From Candidatus Mcinerneyibacteriota bacterium (GTDB taxonomy: Bacteria > Macinerneyibacteriota > Macinerneyibacteria > Macinerneyibacteriales > DSCS01): a stretch of 64,000 nucleotides of DNA. The stretch covers positions 18,821-82,820 of the forward strand of contig JAFGWL010000013.1 of NCBI GenBank assembly GCA_016937175.1, given 5' to 3'. A model generated the notes under the pieces. It did no database searches, was not told the origin of the DNA, and saw only the letters and a list, made by a program, of their open reading frames with translations. A program made the translations under genes and the position numbers. Of this stretch, positions 37,932-47,446 are shown piece after piece. Every line of letters starts with the position of its first letter. Positions within the stretch are counted from its first letter, which is position 1.

Positions 37932-38722
37932 GTCGCCTCCTCCTTCTTTTTGATGAAGACCAGATAGACAAACAGAGAGAAAAGAATGACAAAGAGGCTT
38001 AAGACTTGCCCCATGGTCACCCACCCCCAGAGGAGATAACCCAGTTGAATGTCGGGTTCTCGGCAGAATTCCACGAGAAAACGAAAAAGGCCGTAAAAGA
38101 TCCCAAAGAGCGGCCCCATGAGGGGGATATTCTTTGTCTTTCTGAGTGTCAGCATGAGAATGAGAAAAAGAAGCGCCCCTTCCAGGAGGGCTTCATACAA
38201 CTGAGACGGGTGGCGCGGGCTGATCCCAGCCATAGGGAAGATCACGCCCCAGCTCCCGTCTGTGGGTTTACCCCAGAGCTCACCATTTATAAAATTGGCG
38301 ATACGTCCGAAAAAGAGCCCGACAGGAGCAAAAAGAGCCATGCTGCCCAAAATGGTCCATAGTCCCTGCTTCCTCTGCCGGGCAAAGAGCCAGGCAGCCA
38401 GTAGCACGCCGATAAACCCGCCGTGAAAGGACATCCCCCCTTCATAGACCTTGAAGATGGCCAGCGGATGGGACAAAAAGGCTTTCAGGTCATAAAAGAG
38501 CACATATCCGAGACGCCCCCCGATGATCACACCGAGGGCTGCATAAAAGACCAGGTCGTCCACATCCCGCTGCGTGAAGGGAAGAATCCCTTTGCGGGAA
38601 AGAAGTCTCATTCCCAGGTAAGCTGCCAGGAAACCCAGCAGGTAGGCGATGGGGTACCACCGCAGGGCCAGGGGCCCCCAGATATGAAGGATGACCGGAT
38701 TGATATCATGTACCCAGATCAC
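37928..38722 (-). CDS. lgt: prolipoprotein diacylglyceryl transferase
   Basis: LRWY, GGRLGYVLFY, GGMSFHGG, GRIANFINGELWG, RHPSQLYE; probable GTG start 38722. Confidence 0.96.
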   Translation of the reverse strand: MIWVHDINPVILHIWGPLALRWYPIAYLLGFLAAYLGMRLLSRKGILPFTQRDVDDLVFYAALGVIIGGRLGYVLFYDLKAFLSHPLAIFKVYEGGMSFHGGFIGVLLAAWLFARQRKQGLWTILGSMALFAPVGLFFGRIANFINGELWGKPTDGSWGVIFPMAGISPRHPSQLYEALLEGALLFLILMLTLRKTKNIPLMGPLFGIFYGLFRFLVEFCREPDIQLGYLLWGWVTMGQVLSLFVILFSLFVYLVFIKKKEEAT

Positions 38723-39495
38723 AGGTTCCCCCCCTCTTTGTTCAAGCATCCAAGAAGCCTGCTGAATTCTTCTACGGTCAGTTCCTGGGCCCGGGCATCA
38801 GGGCTCTTTCCCAGGGACTGTAAAAACTCTATGACGACTTCTTTGTTATACTCTTTTTTGAGATTATTGACAAGAGTTTTCCTCCGTTCCCGGAAGGCCC
38901 GGAACAGGATATCAGCCTCTTTTCCACTGAACAGCGTTTCAGATACCGGCCTCATGGTTATCTTCAGAAGGGCCGAATCGACATTGGGGACCGGACGGAA
39001 GTCTCCCCTTTTGACCGTCCAAAGCTTTTCCACATGGGCGAAAAGACGGAGAAAGACACTGTAGGCGTTATAGTTTTCCGAATGGACAGGAGCTGTCAGG
39101 GCCAGCCCCACCTCTTTCTGGACCATGACGATGCCGCCGGCTATGGATTCCCTGTAGCGGATAAGATGGTTGAGAATAGGCTTTGTTATATAATAGGGCA
39201 GGTTGCCTGCAATGACCTGTTTTTTTCCGAAATCCAGGGGAATGTCAAGTATATTTCCCTGAACCACTTCTATTCCGGGGGAAATATCCCTGAGTACCGG
39301 GATCAGCTCCCGGTCGATCTCGATAACGACGAATCGGGGGAACGAGAGGCCGGCCAGTTCCCGTGTAAGGTTCCCGGTCCCACCGCCGATCTCCACCAGC
39401 GCATCCCCGTCGAATCCGGAAACAGCCTCGGCTATAGATTTAAGCCAGTGAGGATTGATTAAAAAATTCTGCCCGAACCTCTTCTTAGCCTTCAA
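38719..39495 (-). CDS. rsmA: 16S rRNA m6,2A dimethyltransferase
   Basis: KKRFGQNFL, VEIGGGTG, GNLPYYI, MVQKEV, PVPNVDSA. Confidence 0.95.
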   Translation of the reverse strand: MKAKKRFGQNFLINPHWLKSIAEAVSGFDGDALVEIGGGTGNLTRELAGLSFPRFVVIEIDRELIPVLRDISPGIEVVQGNILDIPLDFGKKQVIAGNLPYYITKPILNHLIRYRESIAGGIVMVQKEVGLALTAPVHSENYNAYSVFLRLFAHVEKLWTVKRGDFRPVPNVDSALLKITMRPVSETLFSGKEADILFRAFRERRKTLVNNLKKEYNKEVVIEFLQSLGKSPDARAQELTVEEFSRLLGCLNKEGGNL

Positions 39496-39766
39496 CGACT
39501 TCCTCGGAAATGGTCTTGTAGAGAGAAGAAGCCTTCTGTTTTGAGACGTTTTTGGTCTGAGGTATCTCGCTGATCTCCACCACCAGGATCTTGTTATAGG
39601 CCTGGATCCTGATCCTGTCTCCCTCGTGTACTTCAGAGGCAGCCTTCAAAGTGACAAAACCGTCGGGCTCCTGAAGCCGCCAGACATGTCCCGCTTCACA
39701 GACTTCTTTGGCGGTGGAACGTTGTTTTAAAATCCTTGATAGCTGCAAAAACTTATCAGTTCTCAT
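39485..39766 (-). CDS. S4 RNA-binding protein (Hsp15/YabO-like)
   Basis: MRTDKFLQLSRILKQRSTAKEVC. Confidence 0.85.
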   Translation of the reverse strand: MRTDKFLQLSRILKQRSTAKEVCEAGHVWRLQEPDGFVTLKAASEVHEGDRIRIQAYNKILVVEISEIPQTKNVSKQKASSLYKTISEEVVEG

Positions 39767-41001
39767 ATCAATATCTCTATATAATATTTATTTTGCAATT
39801 TAGCATATAGTTTTTCAATCTCTTCTTGAATTTTCTGCCCGTAGACATAATTTTTCACATAGTCCCGGACCTCTTCAAAAGCCATCTGTCGTGCTTCCTG
39901 GTGCTGATCGAGATAGATAAATGTCAGCCCGTTATTGATATAACTGACTGGTGAGATCTGGCCGGGTGCCAGCCTGTTAAGAATATCGAGTATGATGGTG
40001 TTTATCTCTCTTTTTTTGGCTTCCTCAAAGGGTATCAGCTGAACACCGCTCAGGCTGGCCCATTCGCTTATCCCTTCCATCCCCTTCTTCTCAAAGGCGG
40101 TCATTACGTTCTTCTCAAAGGCTTTGCGCTTCTCTTCACTCACAGCCGGCAGAAGGATGATATGGCTGATGGCTCTCTTCTCTCCCTGTATATCACGGCA
40201 TAGGGCGATATGATAGCCGAACTTTGTCTTGAAGGGGCGTGATATCTCCCCTTTTTTCAAATTGAAGGCGACTTCCTCGAACTCAGGGACCATCATCCCC
40301 TTTCCTATAAGGCCCAGATCGCCTCCCTTGGGAGCTGTGGGGCCCTGGGAGTATCGGCTGGCGGCCTCTTCAAAAGTCGTCTCATGGTCGAGAATACTTT
40401 TTCGGATATCAGCCAGCTTCATCATTATGGCCCGTTCGTCTTCGTCAGTCATAGCCAGAGGAAGATAGCCGATGGTATAGGTAAATGTTTCTGGAGTCTT
40501 GAACTCAGCGGAATTCTCATCGTAGGCCGCCTTGACTTCATCGTCGGAAATGGATATCCCCGGGCGGATCACAGTGGCGACATAGTTCTGGACGTACATC
40601 TCTTCTTTTATCTGCTGCCTGTAGATGGAGCGGAGGGTATTTTCATCCAGCCCCTCCTCCTTGAGGGCCTTTTTAAAAGAAGCTTCTCCTCCGAGGTTTT
40701 CCCGGATCCTTTCGATCATGGCATCCAGGCGCTTCTCGATATCATCGGAATTTACGACGAGTTCTTCGCTCTCAAGGGCTTCCATGTAGAGGACTTTGTT
40801 CTTTATCATCTCTTTCAGCACTTTACGCTGTTCTTCAATACTCTGGTCCGGGTTGCCCATCATAGCTTCTTTGACTTCACTTTTCAGAATGACCGTATCA
40901 TTGATACGGGCGGCGATTCCGTCGGAATAACCTTCTCCCTGGGCCAAAACCGATCCCGCTGTCATGAGAAGAACCGTAAGACATCCGATGATGTGTTTCA
41001 T
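39763..41001 (-). CDS. SurA-like periplasmic chaperone/PPIase
   Basis: Signal peptide, SurA N-domain, parvulin motif GGDLG...MVPEFEEVAF...TKFGYHI; upstream of rsmA. Confidence 0.88.
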   Translation of the reverse strand: MKHIIGCLTVLLMTAGSVLAQGEGYSDGIAARINDTVILKSEVKEAMMGNPDQSIEEQRKVLKEMIKNKVLYMEALESEELVVNSDDIEKRLDAMIERIRENLGGEASFKKALKEEGLDENTLRSIYRQQIKEEMYVQNYVATVIRPGISISDDEVKAAYDENSAEFKTPETFTYTIGYLPLAMTDEDERAIMMKLADIRKSILDHETTFEEAASRYSQGPTAPKGGDLGLIGKGMMVPEFEEVAFNLKKGEISRPFKTKFGYHIALCRDIQGEKRAISHIILLPAVSEEKRKAFEKNVMTAFEKKGMEGISEWASLSGVQLIPFEEAKKREINTIILDILNRLAPGQISPVSYINNGLTFIYLDQHQEARQMAFEEVRDYVKNYVYGQKIQEEIEKLYAKLQNKYYIEILI

Positions 41002-41013
41002 ATGCAACACTCC

Positions 41014-41955
41014 TTACCTTTTAAAATAGTTTTCATTGATTGTAATGTCATAACTCCGTTTTTTGAGAGAATTGATCCACTGGTCATACCGGAGCTCTCT
41101 TTTTTTCAGTAAAATGATCTGCTTGATAGTAGCTTCCACCTCTGAAAGGCTGATCTTTTTGGCATAGACCTTTTTTTCCACTTTAAAGAGGTGGTAACGT
41201 CCGTATTCATCTTCAAGGATCTGTGATACGCCCCCTGTCCTCAGGGCAAAGAGCTCCTTGGCGTAATTTTCAGGCAGGTCGTCACGGGTATAGATGCGGG
41301 TCCCGCTTTCATCCAGCTGTCCGGTCAGGGTGACATAGATATCATCAAACTTTTCACCCGCTTTCAGCCGTTCGGTGACGGCATTGGCCTCCTCCAAAGT
41401 GGCAAAATCAAGCTCTTTCACTTCAATGGATTCCGAATGGGTGTAATCATCCTGGTTGTCAGCGTAATACTTCAGGATCTCTTTGTTGGTGACATTGATA
41501 TTGTTATAGACCTTCTGTTCCTCCACAAGCCTGATAAGCCAGTAACGCCTGAGAAATTCTTTGAATCTGTCCCGGGTAAGCCCGGCCTTTTTGATGTAAT
41601 CCTGAAAATGTTCTTCGCCGTATTGGCCTATGATGTTCCTCAACTCCTCTTCCAGCTGATAATCGTTCACTTCGATCTTCTCGCGTCTCGCCACTTCGAG
41701 GATGATCTCCTCGTCGATATAGTCATTGAGGATCTTATATTTGAGCTGGATAAGATCGGCTTCCTTGACACCCTGAGTCGCAGCCCCCAGCCTAAAGGCG
41801 AAAAAATCCTCGAACTCACCGACGGTGACGATCTTGTCATTGATCTTGGCCAGGATGGCATTTCTCTTGATCTCTTCACTGCTGCGGGAACAGGCGCCGG
41901 CCAGAAGAGCCAGTGACGTCAAAACAGCGATGATTTTCCCTTTTGACAGAATCAT
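41014..41955 (-). CDS. PpiC/PrsA-like foldase lipoprotein
   Basis: Lipobox LAGAC, ILAKINDKIVT, degenerate parvulin (EYGRYHLFKV). Confidence 0.8.
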   Translation of the reverse strand: MILSKGKIIAVLTSLALLAGACSRSSEEIKRNAILAKINDKIVTVGEFEDFFAFRLGAATQGVKEADLIQLKYKILNDYIDEEIILEVARREKIEVNDYQLEEELRNIIGQYGEEHFQDYIKKAGLTRDRFKEFLRRYWLIRLVEEQKVYNNINVTNKEILKYYADNQDDYTHSESIEVKELDFATLEEANAVTERLKAGEKFDDIYVTLTGQLDESGTRIYTRDDLPENYAKELFALRTGGVSQILEDEYGRYHLFKVEKKVYAKKISLSEVEATIKQIILLKKRELRYDQWINSLKKRSYDITINENYFKR

Positions 41956-42809
41956 AATGTCCCTTCGAATCCTTTTACTCTATATTTAACCAGCAGGTGC
42001 TTGAGAAGTTCCTCCAAAGCCTCTTTTCCCTTGATCTTACGGATAGCCTCGCGGATCTCTCCGGCTACGGCTTCACGCTTTAAAAAGTCATTTTTCCAGA
42101 CCTTATCACGGACGACAAAGACATAATAAAAGGTCCGACCCTCCTCCTCATAACGCACGGGCCTGAGGGCTCTCCCTGTAGGGGCTGCAAGGATATCCTC
42201 CCGTATATCGTCTCCCAGGTCATTGAAGGGGAGATACCCCAGATCGGAAAAACCCGAAGTCTCTATCTCGCTGTAAAAAGTTGCGGGATCCATCTTCTGA
42301 TCGTTGACTGACTCCATGGCTTTCAGGGCTTCTTCTTCATTCCGTGTGAAGATGACGACAAGCCAGGCCATCCCCTCTTCTGCTCTGTATTCCTCTTCTT
42401 TTCGATTCTGATAATAGCGGTTCACTTCATCGTCGGTTACGGTGACCTCTTTTTGGACATACTGACGGATTGCTTCAGCGACAACAAGGTTTTCTCTGTA
42501 ATCCTCTACCTTCCGTTCAATGGAGCGGTAGGATGCGCTCCCCTTCTCAAGCCCCATGTTTGAAGACTCCAGCAGGATAAGACGGCTGCGAAGCCATCCC
42601 CTGATGATCTCGCTGCGTTGGGATTCGGTGAGTTTCTGTTCATCGATCCCCCGGTCACGCAGATAAGAGGAAAACTCCCCGGTGCTCAGGGTGAACCCTC
42701 TCCCTTCCAGAAGCAGTTCTCCCTCTCCCGGCCTCACGACAAAGAGGATAAGAGCGGCGATCAGCAGAACCGCACATACCATAAGAATGATCCATTTCTT
42801 TTTATTCAC
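41952..42809 (-). CDS. PpiC-like chaperone (degenerate parvulin)
   Basis: N-terminal TM, VTDDEVNRYY, SDLGY; first of three foldase genes in transcription order. Confidence 0.72.
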   Translation of the reverse strand: MNKKKWIILMVCAVLLIAALILFVVRPGEGELLLEGRGFTLSTGEFSSYLRDRGIDEQKLTESQRSEIIRGWLRSRLILLESSNMGLEKGSASYRSIERKVEDYRENLVVAEAIRQYVQKEVTVTDDEVNRYYQNRKEEEYRAEEGMAWLVVIFTRNEEEALKAMESVNDQKMDPATFYSEIETSGFSDLGYLPFNDLGDDIREDILAAPTGRALRPVRYEEEGRTFYYVFVVRDKVWKNDFLKREAVAGEIREAIRKIKGKEALEELLKHLLVKYRVKGFEGTL

Positions 42810-42826
42810 TGAAAACCCCCATCATT

Positions 42827-42855
42827 AGAATAAAAGAAGCCCTTTCCTTTGTCAA
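42827..42855 (-). promoter_or_regulatory. sigma70 promoter of foldase-rsmA-lgt-purE unit
   Basis: TTGACA-N17-TATTCT. Confidence 0.65.
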
Positions 42856-42864
42856 TCATCATCC

Positions 42865-42904
42865 GCCCTCGGCGGGGGAAACTAGACTTCCCCCGCTAAA
42901 GGGC
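42865..42904 (-). terminator. hairpin downstream of arcB
   Basis: GCGGGGGAA-7nt-TTCCCCCGC stem (42872-42896); no clear U-tract. Confidence 0.55.
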
Positions 42905-42913
42905 ATGAGAGCC

Positions 42914-43894
42914 TCAGGCTCCCAGAGTCGCCACCATCACGGCTTTGATGGTGTGCATGCGGTTTTCCGCCTGGTCGAAGACTTTGGAATGCTTGCTTTC
43001 AAAGACTTCATCGGTCACTTCCTGGATCTCAGGATTGGCTTTGGACATGTCTGTATCTTCATTATGGAAAGAAGGCAAGCAGTGGAGGAAGATCATCTCT
43101 TCTTTCCCTGTCTTGCGCACCATATCCATGGTGATCCGGTAGGGTTTTAAAAGGTTGATCCTCTCCTGGATCTTGTCCTCTTCACCCATGGAGGCCCAGA
43201 CGTCTGTGTAGAGGACATCGCAGTCTTTGACGCCCTTATCCACATCATCGGTGATCGTGATAGAGGCTCCTGTCTCGGCAGCGATCTTTTCAGCATAATC
43301 CACCAGGGAATTTTCAGGGAAGAGGGATTTGGGAGCCACGATCCGGAAGTCCATACCCATCTTGGCCGCGCCGATCATCAGAGAATTGGCCATATTGTTG
43401 CGTCCGTCGCCGACATAAGCGAAGACGATCCCCTTGAGGCGTCCGAAATTCTCTTTGACGGTAAGGAAGTCGGCCAGGATCTGTGTGGGATGATATTGGT
43501 CAGTCAATCCGTTCCATACGGGGACTCCCGCCCAGCGTGCGAGTTCTTCCACGGTCTCATGCTTGAAGCCGCGGAATTCTATACCGTCGAACATCCTTCC
43601 CAGGACACGGGCTGTATCTTTGACCGTCTCTTTTTTCCCAAGCTGGATATCGTTTTTCCCGAGATATTCGGGATGTGCCCCTTCATCCACACAGGCCACG
43701 GTAAAAGCGGCGCGTGTCCTAGTCGAGGGTTTCTCGAAAATAAGGGCGATGTTCTTGCCTTCAAGGCTTTTTGTCCTGATGCCTGCATACTTGTTCTTTT
43801 TCAGGGTCTCTGACAGGCCGATGAGAAAATCGATCTCTTCAGGGGTAAAGTCTTTTAAAGCCAGCAGATGTCTTCCTTTCAGATTGAAAGCCAT
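42914..43894 (-). CDS. arcB: ornithine carbamoyltransferase (probably catabolic)
   Basis: [33 protein letters not shown]; next to carbamate kinase. Confidence 0.93.
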   Translation of the reverse strand: MAFNLKGRHLLALKDFTPEEIDFLIGLSETLKKNKYAGIRTKSLEGKNIALIFEKPSTRTRAAFTVACVDEGAHPEYLGKNDIQLGKKETVKDTARVLGRMFDGIEFRGFKHETVEELARWAGVPVWNGLTDQYHPTQILADFLTVKENFGRLKGIVFAYVGDGRNNMANSLMIGAAKMGMDFRIVAPKSLFPENSLVDYAEKIAAETGASITITDDVDKGVKDCDVLYTDVWASMGEEDKIQERINLLKPYRITMDMVRKTGKEEMIFLHCLPSFHNEDTDMSKANPEIQEVTDEVFESKHSKVFDQAENRMHTIKAVMVATLGA

Positions 43895-43912
43895 AATTCC
43901 TCCTTTAAATTT

Positions 43913-44860
43913 TTATTCGATAATGGTTCCTGTTTTGCCTTCTAAAGCTTCTTCAATGGTCTCGGGGAGAGTAATGATGACCTTTTTTCCGCCCATTTCA
44001 ATAAAATCGATGGCGGCTTTGATCTTGGGGCCCATGCTTCCCTTGGGGAAGTGCCCCTCTTCCATATACTTTTTGCATTCTGCCACAGTCATCCTGTCCA
44101 ATGTCCTCTCCTGGGGAGTCCCGAAACCCAGGGCGACTTTTTCCACCCCTGTGGAAATGACCAGTATCTCAGCCCCTATCTCCAGAGCCAGGACAGCGCT
44201 GGCCAGGTCCTTGTCTATAACGGCATCCACCCCTTCAAGGGTCCCGTCTTCTTCATAGTAGACAGGGATCCCGCCGCCGCCTACTGTGATGACGACGACA
44301 CCCTCTTCAATGAGGCGTTTGATGACATTCTTTTCCACCACAGTCTGGGGAACGGGAGAAGGGACCACCCGGCGCCATCCGCGCCCGGCGTCTTCCACTA
44401 TGCTCCAGCCCTTTTCACTGATCAGCCCTTTAGCCTGCTCTTCAGTATAGAACGGGCCCACGGGCTTTGAGGGATTAAGCATCTGGGGGTCCTGAGGATC
44501 CACGACCACCTGAGAGAGGATGGTGACCACATCCCGTTCGATCCCCTCTTTGGCAAGCCTGTTCTGCAGGGACTGTTCTATCATATATCCCATTCCGCCT
44601 TCTGTATCGGCCACAATGACACCAAGGGGCCGGTCAGGCACGTTTCTGGAAAGCCCGGCTTCGACCCGAAGCATCATATTTCCGGCCTGGGGACCGTTCC
44701 CGTGGGTAATTGCGACGTTGTAATCGTGTTTGATGACCTTTATTATCCCGTCCAGAGACGCCCTTGTATTGGCGAATTCTTCGGCGACGGTTCCCTTTTG
44801 CCCTTTGCGGATAATAGCATTCCCGCCCAGGGCGATGACGACTTTCTTCTTCTCTGACAT
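43913..44860 (-). CDS. arcC: carbamate kinase
   Basis: ALGGNA, THGNGPQ, KPVGPFY, WRRVVPSP, AVIDKD, GSMGPK. Confidence 0.97.
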   Translation of the reverse strand: MSEKKKVVIALGGNAIIRKGQKGTVAEEFANTRASLDGIIKVIKHDYNVAITHGNGPQAGNMMLRVEAGLSRNVPDRPLGVIVADTEGGMGYMIEQSLQNRLAKEGIERDVVTILSQVVVDPQDPQMLNPSKPVGPFYTEEQAKGLISEKGWSIVEDAGRGWRRVVPSPVPQTVVEKNVIKRLIEEGVVVITVGGGGIPVYYEEDGTLEGVDAVIDKDLASAVLALEIGAEILVISTGVEKVALGFGTPQERTLDRMTVAECKKYMEEGHFPKGSMGPKIKAAIDFIEMGGKKVIITLPETIEEALEGKTGTIIE

Positions 44861-44945
44861 GTCTTACCTCCAAAAAATAAAAGCCTGGCGTGTTGCTCCA
44901 TCATTATAGTGAAAACATGGTCTTTAACAAGAGAAATCAAAGAGG

Positions 44946-44972
44946 CCCGGGGAGAGGATTTCTCTCCCCGGG
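44946..44972 (-). terminator. GC hairpin between arcE and arcC
   Basis: CCCGGGGAGAG-5nt-CTCTCCCCGGG perfect 11-bp stem, then CCTCTTTGATTT on minus. Confidence 0.65.
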
Positions 44973-44980
44973 GAAAGATA

Positions 44981-46297
44981 TTATTTAATCTTTTTGGTGA
45001 TAATATCTTCCAGAGTGGGCTCGCCGATCTCCTGAAGTTCGTACTTCACGCGGACGGCAGGCTGTTTGATATTGATGATCCGACGCAGGTCGATGGGTGT
45101 CCCGATGATGACCATCTCGGCATCGCTCTTATTTATCGTCTTTTCCAGGTCTTTCATCTGATCTTCGCCGTAACCCATAGCCGGAAGGAGGATCCCGATC
45201 TCGGGATAGATCTCGAAGGTCTCGGCAATGGAACCCACAGCGAACTCCCTGGGGTCGATAAGCTCGGAAGCGCCGTATTTCATAGCGGCGATGACGCCGG
45301 CTCCGTACTGCATCTCACCATGGGTAAGTGTGGGGCCGTCTTCCACGACGAGGACACGTTTTCCGGCGATCTCATGACCGTTCTCCACAAAAATGGGAGA
45401 AGCGCCGTCCACGACGATGGCGTTGGGGTTGTGCAGGCGGATGTTCTCACGGACCTCTTCGATGCCTTCCAGGTCGGCGGTGTCGATCTTGTTGATGACG
45501 ATGACATCGGCCATACGGAGGTTGGCTTCGCCGGGATAATAGCTCACTTCAGCTCCGGGCCTGTGGGGATCGGCGACGACGATGGCCAGGTCAGGCTGAT
45601 AGAAGGGGAAATCGTTGTTTCCGCCGTCCCAGATGATGACGTCGGCTTCTTTTTCCGCTTCGCGCAGGATAGCCTCATAATCGACACCCGCATAGATAAC
45701 GCTGCCCATGGCGATATGGGGCTCATACTCTTCCATCTCTTCAATGGTGCAGTCATGTTTTTTCAGATCCTCGATAGAGGCAAAACGCTGGACTTTCTGT
45801 TTGACCAGGTCGCCGTAAGGCATGGGGTGACGGATTGAAACGACTTTTTTGCCCATAGCCTGAAGGATCTTGACAACACGGCGTGTCGTCTGGCTTTTTC
45901 CGCAACCTGTCCGTGTTGCGCAGATAGAGATCACGGGTTTGCTGGATTTGATCATCGTCGTCTTTCCGCCCATGAGCCAGAAGTCGGCTCCGGCTGCATT
46001 GGCGATGGATGATTTATGCATGACGTCGATATGCTTTTTATCGGAATAGGCAAAGACCACCACATCGATATTGTGCTTCTTGATCAGGTCCGTCATCTTC
46101 TCTTCAGGGTAGATCGGGATTCCCTGGGGATAAAGTTTTCCGGCCAGTTCAGCAGGATATTTCTTATCATCGATTCCGGGGATCTGAGTCGCAGTGAATG
46201 CCACCACGTTATAATCTTCATTGTCCCTGAAAAAGACGTTGAAGTTGTGGAAATCTCTTCCGGCTGCGCCGAGAATCAATACGTTTCTTTTTGCCAT
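44981..46297 (-). CDS. arcE: arginine synthetase ArcE (cyclic 2,3-diphosphoglycerate synthetase-like P-loop family)
   Basis: ILGAAGRDFHNFN, AFTATQIP, RTGCGKSQT, RHPMPYGDL, WDGGNND, VEDGPTLTHG; clustered with arcC and arcB. Confidence 0.85.
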   Translation of the reverse strand: MAKRNVLILGAAGRDFHNFNVFFRDNEDYNVVAFTATQIPGIDDKKYPAELAGKLYPQGIPIYPEEKMTDLIKKHNIDVVVFAYSDKKHIDVMHKSSIANAAGADFWLMGGKTTMIKSSKPVISICATRTGCGKSQTTRRVVKILQAMGKKVVSIRHPMPYGDLVKQKVQRFASIEDLKKHDCTIEEMEEYEPHIAMGSVIYAGVDYEAILREAEKEADVIIWDGGNNDFPFYQPDLAIVVADPHRPGAEVSYYPGEANLRMADVIVINKIDTADLEGIEEVRENIRLHNPNAIVVDGASPIFVENGHEIAGKRVLVVEDGPTLTHGEMQYGAGVIAAMKYGASELIDPREFAVGSIAETFEIYPEIGILLPAMGYGEDQMKDLEKTINKSDAEMVIIGTPIDLRRIINIKQPAVRVKYELQEIGEPTLEDIITKKIK

Positions 46298-46336
46298 AGT
46301 TACCTCCTGTTTTTGTTAAGTTTTCATCCGATAATT

Positions 46337-46364
46337 ACAATATATCCTTAAACCTTTTTGTCAA
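46337..46364 (-). promoter_or_regulatory. promoter of arcE
   Basis: TTGACA-N16-TATTGT. Confidence 0.5.
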
Positions 46365-46372
46365 ATCTTTTT

Positions 46373-47446
46373 TTAGAGCCCCAAACGCTCCAAAACTCCC
46401 AGAATTAGGGTGTTGGAGATGAAAAAGGCGTCCGGGACAAGGGACAGCTGCCGCCCCTCCAGTTTTAAAAAGCTTCGCAGCTCCCCCAGGGAGTGTTCCA
46501 GGATCCCGGTTTCTGCTTCTGTCAGAGTGATGCCCTCTTCCAGGCGGAGGCCCATCATCACTTCGATATTTCTCTTCTCTTTTGTGCCGAGACGCTGCCG
46601 CGCACTTCCCTCTCCGCTCATATAGAGAGCCAGATCATCAGGATTCCGGGTCATCTCTCTTCCTGTATACCCTGAAGCTCCTGCTCCCAGGCCGATATAA
46701 GGAGTAAAGTGCCAATATTTAAGGTTATGGAGAGATTCATATCCGGGACGGGCAAAATTGGAGATCTCATATCGCCTGTAGCCTCTTGTTTCCAATTCAG
46801 CCACAAGTTTTGCATAGGACTCGGCTTCTTCATCATTGCCGGCTTCAGCAGCCTCTCCTCTGTCGATCCTTTTTTGCAGGGGTGTCCCCTCCTCTACCTT
46901 GAGGTCATACCATGAGATGTGATCGGGATCGATCCTGCCCAACACCTCCCCCTCCTCTCGGACATCCTCGCCGGGAATTCCGAAGATCAGGTCTACAGAG
47001 AGGTTGTCGAAGGCCTCCCGGGCCAGGAGAAGGCGTTCTTCCATATCAGACACAGAGCGCCGTCCCAGATATCGCCGCTTCTTTTCAGAAAAGGACTGCA
47101 CACCCACGGAGAGACGGTTGAACCCGGCCTCTTTGAGACAGGAGAGCTTCTGAGGTGAGATATCCTCAGGGTTGACTTCCATGGTGACTTCCCGGCGGGT
47201 GCCCGGGAAAAAACGTTCTGTAGCCGCCATAAGCCGCATGATCTGGCTGCAGGAAAGAAGAGAGGGTGTCCCCCCTCCCACATAAAGGGTGTCGGCGGCA
47301 TCTCCCCCCTTCTCCTCCATCTCCCGGATCAGGGCATCCAGATAGGAGTCGGGAACAGACGAACTCTCCTCAGAGTAGAAGGCGCAGTAATCGCATTTGC
47401 GACGGCAGAAAGGAATATGGATATAGAGCCCGTTTTCAAGGCTCAT
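46373..47446 (-). CDS. hemW: radical SAM heme chaperone HemW
   Basis: LYIHIPFCRRKCDYCAF, GGGTPS, YEISNFA, HNLKYW, GLGAGA; near lepA. Confidence 0.9.
   Translation of the reverse strand: MSLENGLYIHIPFCRRKCDYCAFYSEESSSVPDSYLDALIREMEEKGGDAADTLYVGGGTPSLLSCSQIMRLMAATERFFPGTRREVTMEVNPEDISPQKLSCLKEAGFNRLSVGVQSFSEKKRRYLGRRSVSDMEERLLLAREAFDNLSVDLIFGIPGEDVREEGEVLGRIDPDHISWYDLKVEEGTPLQKRIDRGEAAEAGNDEEAESYAKLVAELETRGYRRYEISNFARPGYESLHNLKYWHFTPYIGLGAGASGYTGREMTRNPDDLALYMSGEGSARQRLGTKEKRNIEVMMGLRLEEGITLTEAETGILEHSLGELRSFLKLEGRQLSLVPDAFFISNTLILGVLERLGL

Noticed and set aside
39763..42809. Three tandem parvulin/SurA-like genes
   Set aside because: A foldase cluster upstream of rsmA is a common arrangement in diderm bacteria
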